A stretch of DNA of 64,000 bases, taken from assembly GCA_003513765.1 (NCBI GenBank), contig DONT01000002.1:101091-165090 (forward strand), in the 5' to 3' direction. Under the pieces are notes generated by a model. It worked only from the letters and a program-made list of their open reading frames with translations, did not search any database and was not told the origin of the DNA. This document shows positions 1-9,125 of the stretch, in pieces. The translations under genes were made by a program, and so were the position numbers. Origin of the DNA: Jeotgalicoccus sp. Its GTDB lineage: Bacteria; Bacillota; Bacilli; Staphylococcales; Salinicoccaceae. The stretch's first letter is position 1. Each line of letters begins with the position of its first letter.

Positions 1-1300
1 CTGAAGCGACTTCTTTTGTTCCGTCACTCGCTGCTTTCTTAGGATTTTTACCCATAGACAAATGTCTGTATATATTTTCTATTACAACGACAGAGTTATC
101 GACCAGCATACCGATACCGAGCGCAAGACCGCCGAGTGTCATTAAGTTAATGCTGATGTTTGTAAAGAATAACAGCGCAAATGTTGTAATAACTGAGAAT
201 GGTATCGCAAGACCGATGATTAACGGTGCTTTCAGATTTCTAAGGAAAGCAAACAGTATAATCATCGCGAGTACCGCACCGCTGATCAGTGAAATGTACA
301 CACTGTTAATCGCGAGGTCGATATATTCACCTTCATCGTAAAGTGTTTCAACAGTTAAGTTGCTGAATTCATCTTCATCGAGTTTTTCATCGAGTACTTC
401 ATTGAATTCACTATTTACGTTCGATGCGTTTGCATCGGATGCCAGCATAACGTCAATAGAAAGTGCGTTATCTTGATTCAGTCTCGTAATTGAATTGCTG
501 TCCTGTTCTTCAACAGACACATCTGCAATATCATCCAGTGTCAGCGTCCCGCCTTCCGGCAGATCCGCAATAACTAGTTCGCGCAATGTTTCAACACCAT
601 CGATATTACTCACTGTACGAGTTGAAATCGAAGTGCGGCTCTCTGTATCAACTATAGTTGCGTTAGGAATAGATATATTATTCGCTTCTATAAGTCCCGC
701 AACATCGCTTTGGCTCATATTAACTTCAGATAATGCATCGACATCCAGATTAACCTGGATTTCTTCGACGACAGTACCATTTTGAGATATCGAAGCGACA
801 CCTTCAATGTTTTCTAATTCAGTGACTAAGCTATCGACCTGCCCCTGATAGTCAGCAACATTTTCACCGCTTGAAGTAACTGCCATCTGGATACTCGGCA
901 TCATCGAGATATCGAATTCAAGGAATGCAGGATCTCCTGCCTGTTCAGGTAGCTGAACGCTTTCCAGTGCTCTAGTTATATCACTTTCCACTTCATCAAT
1001 TGTCATATCATAACCAAATTCTAAAATAACAACTGAAGAGCTTTCTTGTGATTGAGAAGATATATTCGATAGTCCGTTAATGGATGACAATTCCGATTCT
1101 ATCGGTTTCGTGACATCCTCCATTACTTCCTCGGGACCCGCCCCCTGGTAAGTTGTTGCCACTGCCGCAATCGGAGGCTGGATGTTTGGCATAAGCTGAA
1201 GTGGAAGTCTTGTTAAAGAAACGATTCCAAGCAGCATAAGTATAATCATAACGACGATTGTAAATTTAGGGCGTCTTATGGAAAAATCCGATAGTTTCAA
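1..1300 (-). CDS. RND (AcrB/SwrC-type) efflux transporter, N-terminal ~433 codons; the rest lies outside the window
   Basis: The minus-strand frame is open from the window edge to a TTG at 1300, preceded by AAGGAGAG. The N-terminus LKLSDFSIRRPKFTIVVMIILMLLGIVSLTRLPLQLMPNIQPPIAAVATTYQGAGPEEV is a typical RND TM1 plus periplasmic-loop start. It is missing from the ORF track only because it runs off the edge. A TetR gene lies divergently next to it. Confidence 0.8.
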   Translation of the reverse strand, partial: MKLSDFSIRRPKFTIVVMIILMLLGIVSLTRLPLQLMPNIQPPIAAVATTYQGAGPEEVMEDVTKPIESELSSINGLSNISSQSQESSSVVILEFGYDMTIDEVESDITRALESVQLPEQAGDPAFLEFDISMMPSIQMAVTSSGENVADYQGQVDSLVTELENIEGVASISQNGTVVEEIQVNLDVDALSEVNMSQSDVAGLIEANNISIPNATIVDTESRTSISTRTVSNIDGVETLRELVIADLPEGGTLTLDDIADVSVEEQDSNSITRLNQDNALSIDVMLASDANASNVNSEFNEVLDEKLDEDEFSNLTVETLYDEGEYIDLAINSVYISLISGAVLAMIILFAFLRNLKAPLIIGLAIPFSVITTFALLFFTNISINLMTLGGLALGIGMLVDNSVVVIENIYRHLSMGKNPKKAASDGTKEVAS

Positions 1301-1433
1301 ATTGAGTACTCTCCTTATATATTGTTTATTTGTTTAAGCCGACAACGTGTTGTATAATCCCTTATAATCATAATAAAGTAGTTGAATACTATCAATAAAC
1401 AATAACCGGTAATGTGTTGAAAAATAGAAAGAA

Positions 1434-2024
1434 GTGTCTAAAATGAGTCAAAGAGATGTGACCAGAAACAACCTGATAGAAGCATTTTGGGATATTTATA
1501 AAATAAAACCTCTGTCAAAAATTACCGTTAAAGAGATAACAGATAAAGCAGGATATAACCGCGGAACATTTTATACATACTTCAGTGATATAAATGAAAT
1601 TCTGACGCTACTTAAAGAAAGTTTAATTCCGACAAGAGATATGATCATCGCCCCGCTGATGATGCTCGATAAAAGCGGCGGCAATATTTTTGAAACGCTG
1701 GAACGAACGAATGATTTCGTCAAAAAACACAGTGATAAAATCGCAGTCCTGATTGGACCTGAAGGCGATCCTAGTTTTGTTCACGAATTTAAAATGCGTA
1801 TCAGAATGATTATTATGGATTACGTTTATGAACTTAAAATTAAAGAACCTGAAAAAATCGAGTACATTATAGAATATCAATTATCAGCTCTTATCGGCAT
1901 GTTTCAACTATGGCTTGAGAAGAACGGAGAAGTTGATGAAATAATTCTGGGTGATTTCGTTGAGGACATTTCGAATCAGGGTGTTACGACGATGATGACT
2001 GCCATGCTGAATAATAAAGAGTAA
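1434..2024 (+). CDS. TetR/AcrR-family transcriptional regulator
   Basis: N-terminal HTH signature ITVKEITDKAGYNRGTFYTYF. It is divergent from the RND pump gene. GTG start per the ORF track; the ATG three codons downstream (1443) is also possible. Confidence 0.85.
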   Translation: MSKMSQRDVTRNNLIEAFWDIYKIKPLSKITVKEITDKAGYNRGTFYTYFSDINEILTLLKESLIPTRDMIIAPLMMLDKSGGNIFETLERTNDFVKKHSDKIAVLIGPEGDPSFVHEFKMRIRMIIMDYVYELKIKEPEKIEYIIEYQLSALIGMFQLWLEKNGEVDEIILGDFVEDISNQGVTTMMTAMLNNKE

Positions 2025-2028
2025 ATTA

Positions 2029-2059
2029 AACCCCGGTACTGTTTTTCAGTTCCGGGGTT
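2029..2059. terminator. Bidirectional intrinsic terminator between the TetR gene and folA
   Basis: Hairpin AACCCCGG-N15-CCGGGGTT between two convergent genes. Confidence 0.6.
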
Positions 2060-2071
2060 AGGCTGCATGTA

Positions 2072-2563
2072 TTACTTTCTTCTCCATAATTCAAAAGTAT
2101 GCTCATATAAATTTTTCTCATCAACGATACCCTTTTCAGTTTTAACCAGTTCAAACTTGTTATAGTCAAATTTTTCATCGAAATAGGTATCGCCTTCAAA
2201 TGTGTCATGAATAACAGTACGGTATAATTCATCGACTTCGTTTTCAAACATTTTAAATAATACCGCACCGCCGATGATATAAAGATCTTCATCACCAGTC
2301 TGTGCAAGTTCAAGTATTTCCTCTTTGGAGTGCACTATTATTGCGCCCGGCGCTTCATAATCCTGCTGTCTTGTTAAGACGATATTCCTTCGGCCGGGGA
2401 GCGGTCTGTTCGGAATTGATTCGTAGGTTTTTCGGCCGGTCACCATGTCACCCCGCATCGTTATCTTTTTAAAAAAGGCAACATCAGCGGGCAAACGCCA
2501 GGGCAGTGCATCGCCTTTACCGATCAGCCTGTTTTCATCTTCAGCCCAAACATAAGCGAGCAT
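2072..2563 (-). CDS. folA: Dihydrofolate reductase
   Basis: DHFR motifs LIGKGDALPWRLPADVAFFKKIT, GRKTYESIP and LYIIGGA. Start moved to the second ATG of MYMLAYVW, which has a GGAGA SD 7 nt upstream; the ORF-track start at 2608 lacks an SD. Confidence 0.9.
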   Translation of the reverse strand: MLAYVWAEDENRLIGKGDALPWRLPADVAFFKKITMRGDMVTGRKTYESIPNRPLPGRRNIVLTRQQDYEAPGAIIVHSKEEILELAQTGDEDLYIIGGAVLFKMFENEVDELYRTVIHDTFEGDTYFDEKFDYNKFELVKTEKGIVDEKNLYEHTFELWRRK

Positions 2564-2696
2564 ATACATCTCTCCTTTAAAACTAAAACTGTTTGTTATA
2601 TCTGTCATACCCTAATGTAAGATAAATCACTCATTATTATAAAAATCCTTTGTCAGCAGGTCTGTAACGCTATGCAATACAATATAACGCACGGCG

Positions 2697-3353
2697 TTAT
2701 TTTATATAATCTGCGAGCAATTCTCTATAGAACGAGTCTTTACCAATAACAATAACACGATCGCATACTTCTTTAATTTCATTCATATCATGCGATGTGT
2801 AAATGATAAGTGTATCGTTGTTCTTCGCTTGAGCTTTTAAAAATTCTCCAATTTCTATCCTCGATTTTAAATCGATACCTGCAGTCGGTTCATCCAGCAG
2901 CAGAAATTCAGGATTATTAATTAAACTGATAGCGAGATTAAGTTTCCGCTTCATACCTCCGGATAATTTACTGACTTTAGTATCATGTCTATCTAGCTGT
3001 ATGTTATTCAGCAGCGTTTTCAATTCATACACAGATTTCTTAACAGGTGACAGCTTTTGAAAGAACTTCATATTTTCAATGACAGTTAAATCTTCCCATA
3101 CAGCAATATCCTGAGGTACGTATCCTATAACTTTCCTGTGTGCTTTAAAATACTTTTTGTATGGCTTGCCGTTTAAATAAAGTTCTCCGCTATCAGGTTT
3201 CGATAAGCTTGCTAAAATTTTCAGCAGTGTTGATTTACCTGCACCATTCTCACCAACGAGCCCGATAATTTCTCCCTGTTCTGCGGACATGCTGAAGTCT
3301 TCCAGTACGCGGCGCTTACCATAACTTTTATTTACCGAGTTAACTTCCAGCAT
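2697..3353 (-). CDS. ABC transporter ATP-binding protein (ABC-2 exporter type)
   Basis: Walker A GENGAGKST, signature LSGGMKRKL and Walker B LLLDEPTAG. It is the last gene of a four-gene minus-strand operon. Confidence 0.9.
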   Translation of the reverse strand: MLEVNSVNKSYGKRRVLEDFSMSAEQGEIIGLVGENGAGKSTLLKILASLSKPDSGELYLNGKPYKKYFKAHRKVIGYVPQDIAVWEDLTVIENMKFFQKLSPVKKSVYELKTLLNNIQLDRHDTKVSKLSGGMKRKLNLAISLINNPEFLLLDEPTAGIDLKSRIEIGEFLKAQAKNNDTLIIYTSHDMNEIKEVCDRVIVIGKDSFYRELLADYIK

Positions 3354-4464
3354 TGTTATCCCTCCAAATCCATATGAGCATTAAAACTGATATTAGAATA
3401 ATCCATGGAATATTAAGTCCATTCACTAAAAACATCTGCACCGGGTGCACCGACGACATTAAAGACAGTCCTGTCAGTGAAATAATGGCAGGCATAGCGA
3501 GTTGAAGTGCCAATAGAGCAATCGTTAACGCCACAGCTGCCTGATATAATTTCACTGGTGATTTTACGGAAGAGGCAAGCAGGAATGCAATGCCGTTTAT
3601 AACAATACGGAACATGACGAGTGACAGAAAGCTAATATTCCCTGTTAGTACTTCTTTTATTATCACATAAGTAATACTGTCTACTATCAGCATCACAGCG
3701 GTCATAATAACTAGCGTCAGTAACATAAAATTCGTATATGAATGCTTCATAAAATAAAATCGGGTCCTGGTACTGCTGACAGTTTCACGTGTAACAAAGT
3801 CAAATATAAAAATAGTAACGGTGAAAGTTATATATGCCCAAACTATCCATGGATGAAAGGCTGGTGTTTCTTCGATATCAGCCGATTCTCCAAGGAAATA
3901 AAACACCTGTTTCAAGAGATTAGTATCTGTTTCTGTACGTTTGCGTTCAGCTGCTACATCTTCAGCGGTCACAGCTGTTTCAGCCAGCAGATTATTCTGC
4001 AACTCCAGCACATAATCAACAGTCGTGTATTCACCCATCCGCTCCTGCACGAGCGAAGCTGCCAGTTCTTTCGCCTGTTCGTAGTAGATCGAGCGGTCTG
4101 TATAATACGTTTCAATTAAGTCCCTGCGCTGACCTTCATGTATTTTTTCTGCAAAGTCTTCCGGCAGTATAAACACACTATCCAGCCTGTATTGTTCCAG
4201 CTCTCTTAGAACAGCTGTACTATTTGTTGTATTAAATACTTCAACATCCATAAATTCGCTGCTCTTAAGGCCCGCTGTAAAGATCTCCGCTTCCACACTG
4301 TTTTCATGGACAACGACTGCTGCAGGCACTCTGAAGTCTTCTCTGGTGCTGTTAAACACATTTGTAACGACGAGTGTCAGCAGCACTGGCACAATGAGCC
4401 ACAACGATATTTTAGGAAGCTGCCGCTTTATGAGCAGCCATCTCGCATATATCATATCTATCAT
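3340..4464 (-). CDS. ABC-2 type transporter permease
   Basis: N-terminal TM, a large extracytoplasmic loop, then about 5 C-terminal TM segments. Start and stop overlap both neighbouring genes (translational coupling). Confidence 0.7.
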   Translation of the reverse strand: MIDMIYARWLLIKRQLPKISLWLIVPVLLTLVVTNVFNSTREDFRVPAAVVVHENSVEAEIFTAGLKSSEFMDVEVFNTTNSTAVLRELEQYRLDSVFILPEDFAEKIHEGQRRDLIETYYTDRSIYYEQAKELAASLVQERMGEYTTVDYVLELQNNLLAETAVTAEDVAAERKRTETDTNLLKQVFYFLGESADIEETPAFHPWIVWAYITFTVTIFIFDFVTRETVSSTRTRFYFMKHSYTNFMLLTLVIMTAVMLIVDSITYVIIKEVLTGNISFLSLVMFRIVINGIAFLLASSVKSPVKLYQAAVALTIALLALQLAMPAIISLTGLSLMSSVHPVQMFLVNGLNIPWIILISVLMLIWIWRDNNAGS

Positions 4465-5681
4465 AAGAATCGACGCTCCTTCAGGACACTTAAAACGAGC
4501 AGCAGCACTGCAGCTATCCCGAATGTCGCTATCATAATATCGATCTCCATAGTAAAGCGGCCGTTTAATATAATTTCTTCAATCCAGAATAGTGATTGAT
4601 AACTGTACATATAATCAAAAAATGTATCCAGATAAATAGGAAAGTATATTCTCGGAATGATACTGCCGGCGAACAGTATAATCATGAGCAGTACCGCAAG
4701 CTGAACCACCATACTGATTTTAAACGATGGAAGCAGCCAGTCGATAATAATCATAATCATCGCTGTAATAAATATGTGAAGATCAATCAGAATAAGCAGC
4801 CTCAGCAGATTTTCTGTCTCCAGGTCAATACCGCCGAACGTTAATACTCCATATGTGAAAAGGGCAGAAGCCACCGTGACAATTATGCCGGTTGAAAGCA
4901 CTCTCGCAAGGCCTTGAGCAAGATGCGTTACTCCGAACACCTTCATCCGGTCTTCCAGGTTACTGCTTATGTCCCGCATTAAAGCGATGTACAGCATATA
5001 CACCCAGACAGTCATTATAATGAACAGGCCATTCACGATAAAATACATATTTCCCGCGCTGATATTCTGCGCTTTTTGATGTTCATCCATCAAAGTATCA
5101 CTCGAGAGCACCTGAATAAACTGGCTCACAAACTCTTCGAAAATTAAGTTCTGCCTTGCCTCATCAGTCATGCCGAATTCACGGGCATAATGATTAATCG
5201 TTAATATATTGGCCTGTGAATTCCGGATATGTCTGACGACTGTATCAATTACGCTGCTGATTACATAACTCTCCAGCTGCATATCCGGGTTGCCGACGAC
5301 AATCAGTTCACTTGATTCCCCCTTCATCATTTTTTCCGTGAATTTCCCGGGGAATATTATATATGAAACAAGTGTATCGTTTTCAATCATCAGTTTTGCA
5401 TCAGATTCCGATACTTCAATAATCTCAAGTCCATCCGCTGCCTCAGCTGAGCCTGCGAGCGCCGAGACAATCACAGCTGTCTCGGCACTGTCATCCAGAT
5501 TTACAAGGCCGACAGAGATTTTATCCTCATCATCAAATGACAGGAGTGAGCTGAGCATCCAGATTATCAGTCCGATAAAAATAACCGGTGAAATTAAAAT
5601 AAGAGGAAGTGTCAGCCACTTCCTCTTAAGTCTGCTGATGTCGTTAGCGATGAATACAAATATATGCTTCATTATTCTCAT
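4461..5681 (-). CDS. ABC-2 type transporter permease
   Basis: Same topology as the adjacent permease (TM1, loop, TM bundle). It overlaps the downstream gene by 4 nt. Confidence 0.7.
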   Translation of the reverse strand: MRIMKHIFVFIANDISRLKRKWLTLPLILISPVIFIGLIIWMLSSLLSFDDEDKISVGLVNLDDSAETAVIVSALAGSAEAADGLEIIEVSESDAKLMIENDTLVSYIIFPGKFTEKMMKGESSELIVVGNPDMQLESYVISSVIDTVVRHIRNSQANILTINHYAREFGMTDEARQNLIFEEFVSQFIQVLSSDTLMDEHQKAQNISAGNMYFIVNGLFIIMTVWVYMLYIALMRDISSNLEDRMKVFGVTHLAQGLARVLSTGIIVTVASALFTYGVLTFGGIDLETENLLRLLILIDLHIFITAMIMIIIDWLLPSFKISMVVQLAVLLMIILFAGSIIPRIYFPIYLDTFFDYMYSYQSLFWIEEIILNGRFTMEIDIMIATFGIAAVLLLVLSVLKERRFL

Positions 5682-5706
5682 CGCTGACGCATCCTTTCTT
5701 TTTTAA

Positions 5707-7251
5707 TTAAAATCCTGATGGCGCACCGAAGTTTTCATTCATCCACTCTTCAAATTGCGGACCAACTTCATCGTTAAAGTACGCATCAAGTTCTTCCATG
5801 CTCATCTGGCCAATGTTTTTCTCATTATCCCCGCCAGGCATTTCAATTTCACTTATCGTCTGACTGTCGCTTGTCAGATTCAACACGAAAGTATCTCTCG
5901 TTACATTGATACCATCGTCAGCATACAGGGTCATATCACCAGTTGCCTGGTCTTCATTGTACACAGAATTGCTTTCCATGAATAATGTCAGCGGCGAACC
6001 GGTCATTTGTTCGTTAAAGTTAATATCCATATTCCAGACTTCACTGTCTTCTTCCTCTGTTTTAACAGAGTTGATGACAAACAGATCTTCAGAATCTGCT
6101 CTTAATGTAATCATGTCTTCGTAACCTGACTCAGTTTCATTTAAATCAGCAGTATAGCCGATTACTGATTCCATAGTCTCATCAGAGAATGTCATATCAT
6201 AATTAAAGACTGTGCTGTCTTCAGAAATTTCTGTAGTTCCATCGACTGCAATCTGGCCTGTAGATCCATCAACCGTAATTGACGTATCGAAATCACGCTG
6301 AATGATATTATCGTCGCCGTCTGTCCAGACAACAGATGTTAAACCTTCAGGGAAGCCGACATCTTCTATATTTTCTGCCGCTTCTTTTAATGAGTTATTA
6401 AACTCTGCTGCAGTATCTTCGGCAGATGGCGCTGCAGGGTTGCCAAGGTTTGCGGCCATCATCTGAGTTTCGATAATGTTTGCAAGTTCTTCATCTTCTG
6501 CCATCTTATTAAATAAGTCTCTTAAGAACGTGTGAATCTGTTCTTCTGTTAATATCATCGTCAGTTTATCAGCGTTTACTGTATTCTCACCGACAGTAAT
6601 TTCTTCACTTTCCGACTCGAACGCATCATCCGGTAAGTTTTCTCTAATGAAAGTTGCATATTCATCAATGAAATATTCACGCTGAGTTTCTGTCAGTGCA
6701 CTGGTTTCAAAGAACATTGAGTAATCAATTTCTTCTTCACCTGTAAATGTTGCAGGATCAAGTGTATTCAGGAATGTTGCTGCATCCGCTTCATTAACCA
6801 CCATATACTCTTCGATGAACGGCAGTGTAAGTCCTGCTTTTTCACCTGTGATATATGCATTTACATCTGAAATAGTTAAGCCTGCTATGTCTGCATTAAG
6901 TCCCATCGTACTGACTTCATTTGCCATATCCTGACCGATTGCAAGATTAATATTAGAGTTATTAATCATCTGATCAAGACCCATCTCCTGGAATGAAGGG
7001 TCGTTTGTTTCTGCTGTAATGCCTAATGTTGACTCAATCGCATTTTGCTCGGCATGTTCATACCAGTCAAGTTCACTCTCAAAACGTTCCTCAAATAACT
7101 CGAAAGTACCTTCAACCTCGTCCAGTTCCGCCATTAAGTAATTATTTTTCGGGTTATTCACCATCGTCTGAAACAGGATGTATGCTCCGATTGCCAATAC
7201 TGCAACAACACCGACCGATATCCCTAAAATTGTTAAACCTTTTTTACCCAT
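5707..7251 (-). CDS. Membrane-anchored, strongly acidic extracytoplasmic protein of unknown function
   Basis: Single N-terminal TM (LTILGISVGVVAVLAIGAYILF) followed by about 480 aa rich in D/E. It is the first gene of the ABC-2 operon. I recognised no catalytic motif. Confidence 0.6.
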   Translation of the reverse strand: MGKKGLTILGISVGVVAVLAIGAYILFQTMVNNPKNNYLMAELDEVEGTFELFEERFESELDWYEHAEQNAIESTLGITAETNDPSFQEMGLDQMINNSNINLAIGQDMANEVSTMGLNADIAGLTISDVNAYITGEKAGLTLPFIEEYMVVNEADAATFLNTLDPATFTGEEEIDYSMFFETSALTETQREYFIDEYATFIRENLPDDAFESESEEITVGENTVNADKLTMILTEEQIHTFLRDLFNKMAEDEELANIIETQMMAANLGNPAAPSAEDTAAEFNNSLKEAAENIEDVGFPEGLTSVVWTDGDDNIIQRDFDTSITVDGSTGQIAVDGTTEISEDSTVFNYDMTFSDETMESVIGYTADLNETESGYEDMITLRADSEDLFVINSVKTEEEDSEVWNMDINFNEQMTGSPLTLFMESNSVYNEDQATGDMTLYADDGINVTRDTFVLNLTSDSQTISEIEMPGGDNEKNIGQMSMEELDAYFNDEVGPQFEEWMNENFGAPSGF

Positions 7252-7414
7252 AATAAACTCTCCTTCACGGTGCGTTAATTTACTCTAATATTATATTTAG
7301 TTAATATTTTACCATATATTATGTCTAAAATGTGACGACCGATGGATTTTATACTTATCGCTTAAATATTGATAATATAGTAAAGAAAGTAATTTAAGAG
7401 AAGGATGGGATGTT

Positions 7415-8200
7415 ATGAGACTTAAAAATAAAGTTGCAGTCGTTACCGGCGGGAGCCAGGGAATAGGGCGCGGCGTCGCGAAAGTTTTTGCTGAAGAAGG
7501 GGCACAAGTTGTTATTGCAGATATTGACGCCAAAGAAGGCGAAAACACTGTAAAAGCATTTATCGATAAAAACTTCGATGTCCGCTTTCATAAAACAGAT
7601 GTCAGTAATGAAAACGATGTTAAAAGTTTAATTGATTACACGATAAGTGAATTCGGCAAATTAGATATTTTAGTAAATAACGCCGCGATTAATTTTCGTA
7701 AGTCTGTCCACGAAACATCGCTTGAAGAATGGAACAATTTAATGGGAATAAATTTAACAGGACCATTTCTGTGCAGCAAGTACGCTATTCCCGAAATGCA
7801 GAAACAGGAGACTTCATCGATTATCAATATGGCATCCTGGCATGCTGAAACAACAATTACGAGACTTGCAGCGTATGCCAGTGCAAAAGGCGGACTGACA
7901 GCCCTGACACGTCAGATGGCACTCGATTACGGCCAGCATCAGATTCGTGTCAATGCAGTCGGACCAAGTTCTGTTGACACACCGCTACTTCATAAAACTT
8001 TTGCAAGTCTCGAAAATCCGGAGAAATCATTTGAAGAATCACTGGCTTTCAATCCGATGGGCCGCGTCGGCACAGTCGACGATATCGCTAAAGCATGTCT
8101 GTTTTTAGCATCAGACGATTCAACTTATGTCAGCGGCCAGACGATACTTGTCGACGGCGGACAAAGCAACAAAGTAGCGAGACCGATAGAATTTGACTGA
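7415..8200 (+). CDS. SDR-family oxidoreductase
   Basis: TGGSQGIGRG cofactor motif, NNAA, and a YASAK catalytic Y-x3-K. Good SD (AGAAGGATGGG). Confidence 0.9.
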   Translation: MRLKNKVAVVTGGSQGIGRGVAKVFAEEGAQVVIADIDAKEGENTVKAFIDKNFDVRFHKTDVSNENDVKSLIDYTISEFGKLDILVNNAAINFRKSVHETSLEEWNNLMGINLTGPFLCSKYAIPEMQKQETSSIINMASWHAETTITRLAAYASAKGGLTALTRQMALDYGQHQIRVNAVGPSSVDTPLLHKTFASLENPEKSFEESLAFNPMGRVGTVDDIAKACLFLASDDSTYVSGQTILVDGGQSNKVARPIEFD

Positions 8201-8309
8201 TAAATAGGCGGGGGACTACCATGTGCGGTTGACATGATCATTCAAACGCTTCCGAACTACCATGTGAGCTCCACTTCGTCATCCAAACTCATTTTCTCCA
8301 AGCAAATAC

Positions 8310-8341
8310 GGCTCAAAATCTTCATCCCAGGATTTTGAGCC
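8310..8341. terminator. Intrinsic terminator hairpin
   Basis: GGCTCAAAATC-N10-GATTTTGAGCC followed by a T-rich run, between convergent genes. Confidence 0.6.
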
Positions 8342-8347
8342 GCTTCT

Positions 8348-8737
8348 TTATTTTTTAGGCTGATAAAGCAGTGTCTGTACGAAAAATGCAACAAAACTTA
8401 AGAGCAATGTAACACCGCCGCCGATGTAGACGATAAGTGTAACTGCAGCCGGAAGATTGAATGACACAACATTAGTTAAGAACATTCCTAAAACCAGACC
8501 TGTCGTACCGATAATGGCAGACCAGACATGGAATTTCGATAATGCATTATATTTAACTTCAAATACTTTATAAAAAATGGACCATGAGAATAAACTTAAC
8601 CATCCCACGACTAAAATATGTGCGTGAATCGGTCTTAGTGCATATGATCCTGAACCTGCCATATGTGCGCCCATTACAGAACCAATCAGCCCAAAAACTC
8701 CTGAGAATACGAGTAAAAGTTTAACTGGATTATTCAT
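8348..8737 (-). CDS. Small integral membrane protein (4 predicted TM), function unknown
   Basis: 129-aa ORF with four hydrophobic segments and a reasonable SD (AAAGGAAG). Confidence 0.6.
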   Translation of the reverse strand: MNNPVKLLLVFSGVFGLIGSVMGAHMAGSGSYALRPIHAHILVVGWLSLFSWSIFYKVFEVKYNALSKFHVWSAIIGTTGLVLGMFLTNVVSFNLPAAVTLIVYIGGGVTLLLSFVAFFVQTLLYQPKK

Positions 8738-8830
8738 AATAACTTCCTTTCAGTGACTATTTACCTTATATTCTATAATCGCAATATGAACAGAGTATGA
8801 ACAGGATTGATAAAATAATATATAAATAAA

Positions 8831-8873
8831 GCCGCGTATAACTTTCAGTTAGATACTGAGAGTTATACGCGGC
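8831..8873 (-). terminator. Intrinsic terminator of the 24-aa peptide gene
   Basis: Perfect 13-bp stem GCCGCGTATAACT / AGTTATACGCGGC. On the minus strand it is followed by TTTATTTATA. Confidence 0.7.
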
Positions 8874-8886
8874 AGTTTAAATTAGT

Positions 8887-8961
8887 TTATCTTAATCCAA
8901 GGAATGATAATACAGCTAAAATAACTACAATCAACCCAATAATATAAATAATATTTCTCAT
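8887..8961 (-). CDS. 24-aa hydrophobic peptide MRNIIYIIGLIVVILAVLSFLGLR (below the ORF-track size cutoff)
   Basis: ATG at 8961 with a GGGGG SD about 9 nt upstream and a TAA stop at 8887-8889. A strong terminator starts 14 nt downstream. The peptide is a single TM helix. Confidence 0.5.
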   Translation of the reverse strand: MRNIIYIIGLIVVILAVLSFLGLR

Positions 8962-9125
8962 TTTATTTGCCCCCTGTTATTGTCTTAAAAATTACATTCC
9001 CCGAACTTACCTCCTGAAAACATTAATTTTACTTCAGACCTGTCGTTATGATTTCATACCTCTATAACAGGGTATGGTTTAAATATGCTTACTTACAGAT
9101 AAATTTATATACAGAGGTGGATTTC

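Noticed and set aside
150-785. Plus-strand ORFs 150-341 and 495-785 from the ORF track
   Set aside because: They lie antisense inside the well-supported minus-strand RND transporter frame, have no SD, and their products are low-complexity.
2072-2563. Is the stand-alone DHFR an acquired trimethoprim-resistance dfr?
   Set aside because: There is no adjacent mobile element and no thyA context either way. Composition looks backbone-like. Resistance cannot be inferred from sequence by eye.
8215-8266. 11-nt direct repeat ACTACCATGTG at 8215-8225 and 8256-8266, downstream of the SDR gene
   Set aside because: It is too short, has only two copies, and has no associated structure or coding signal.
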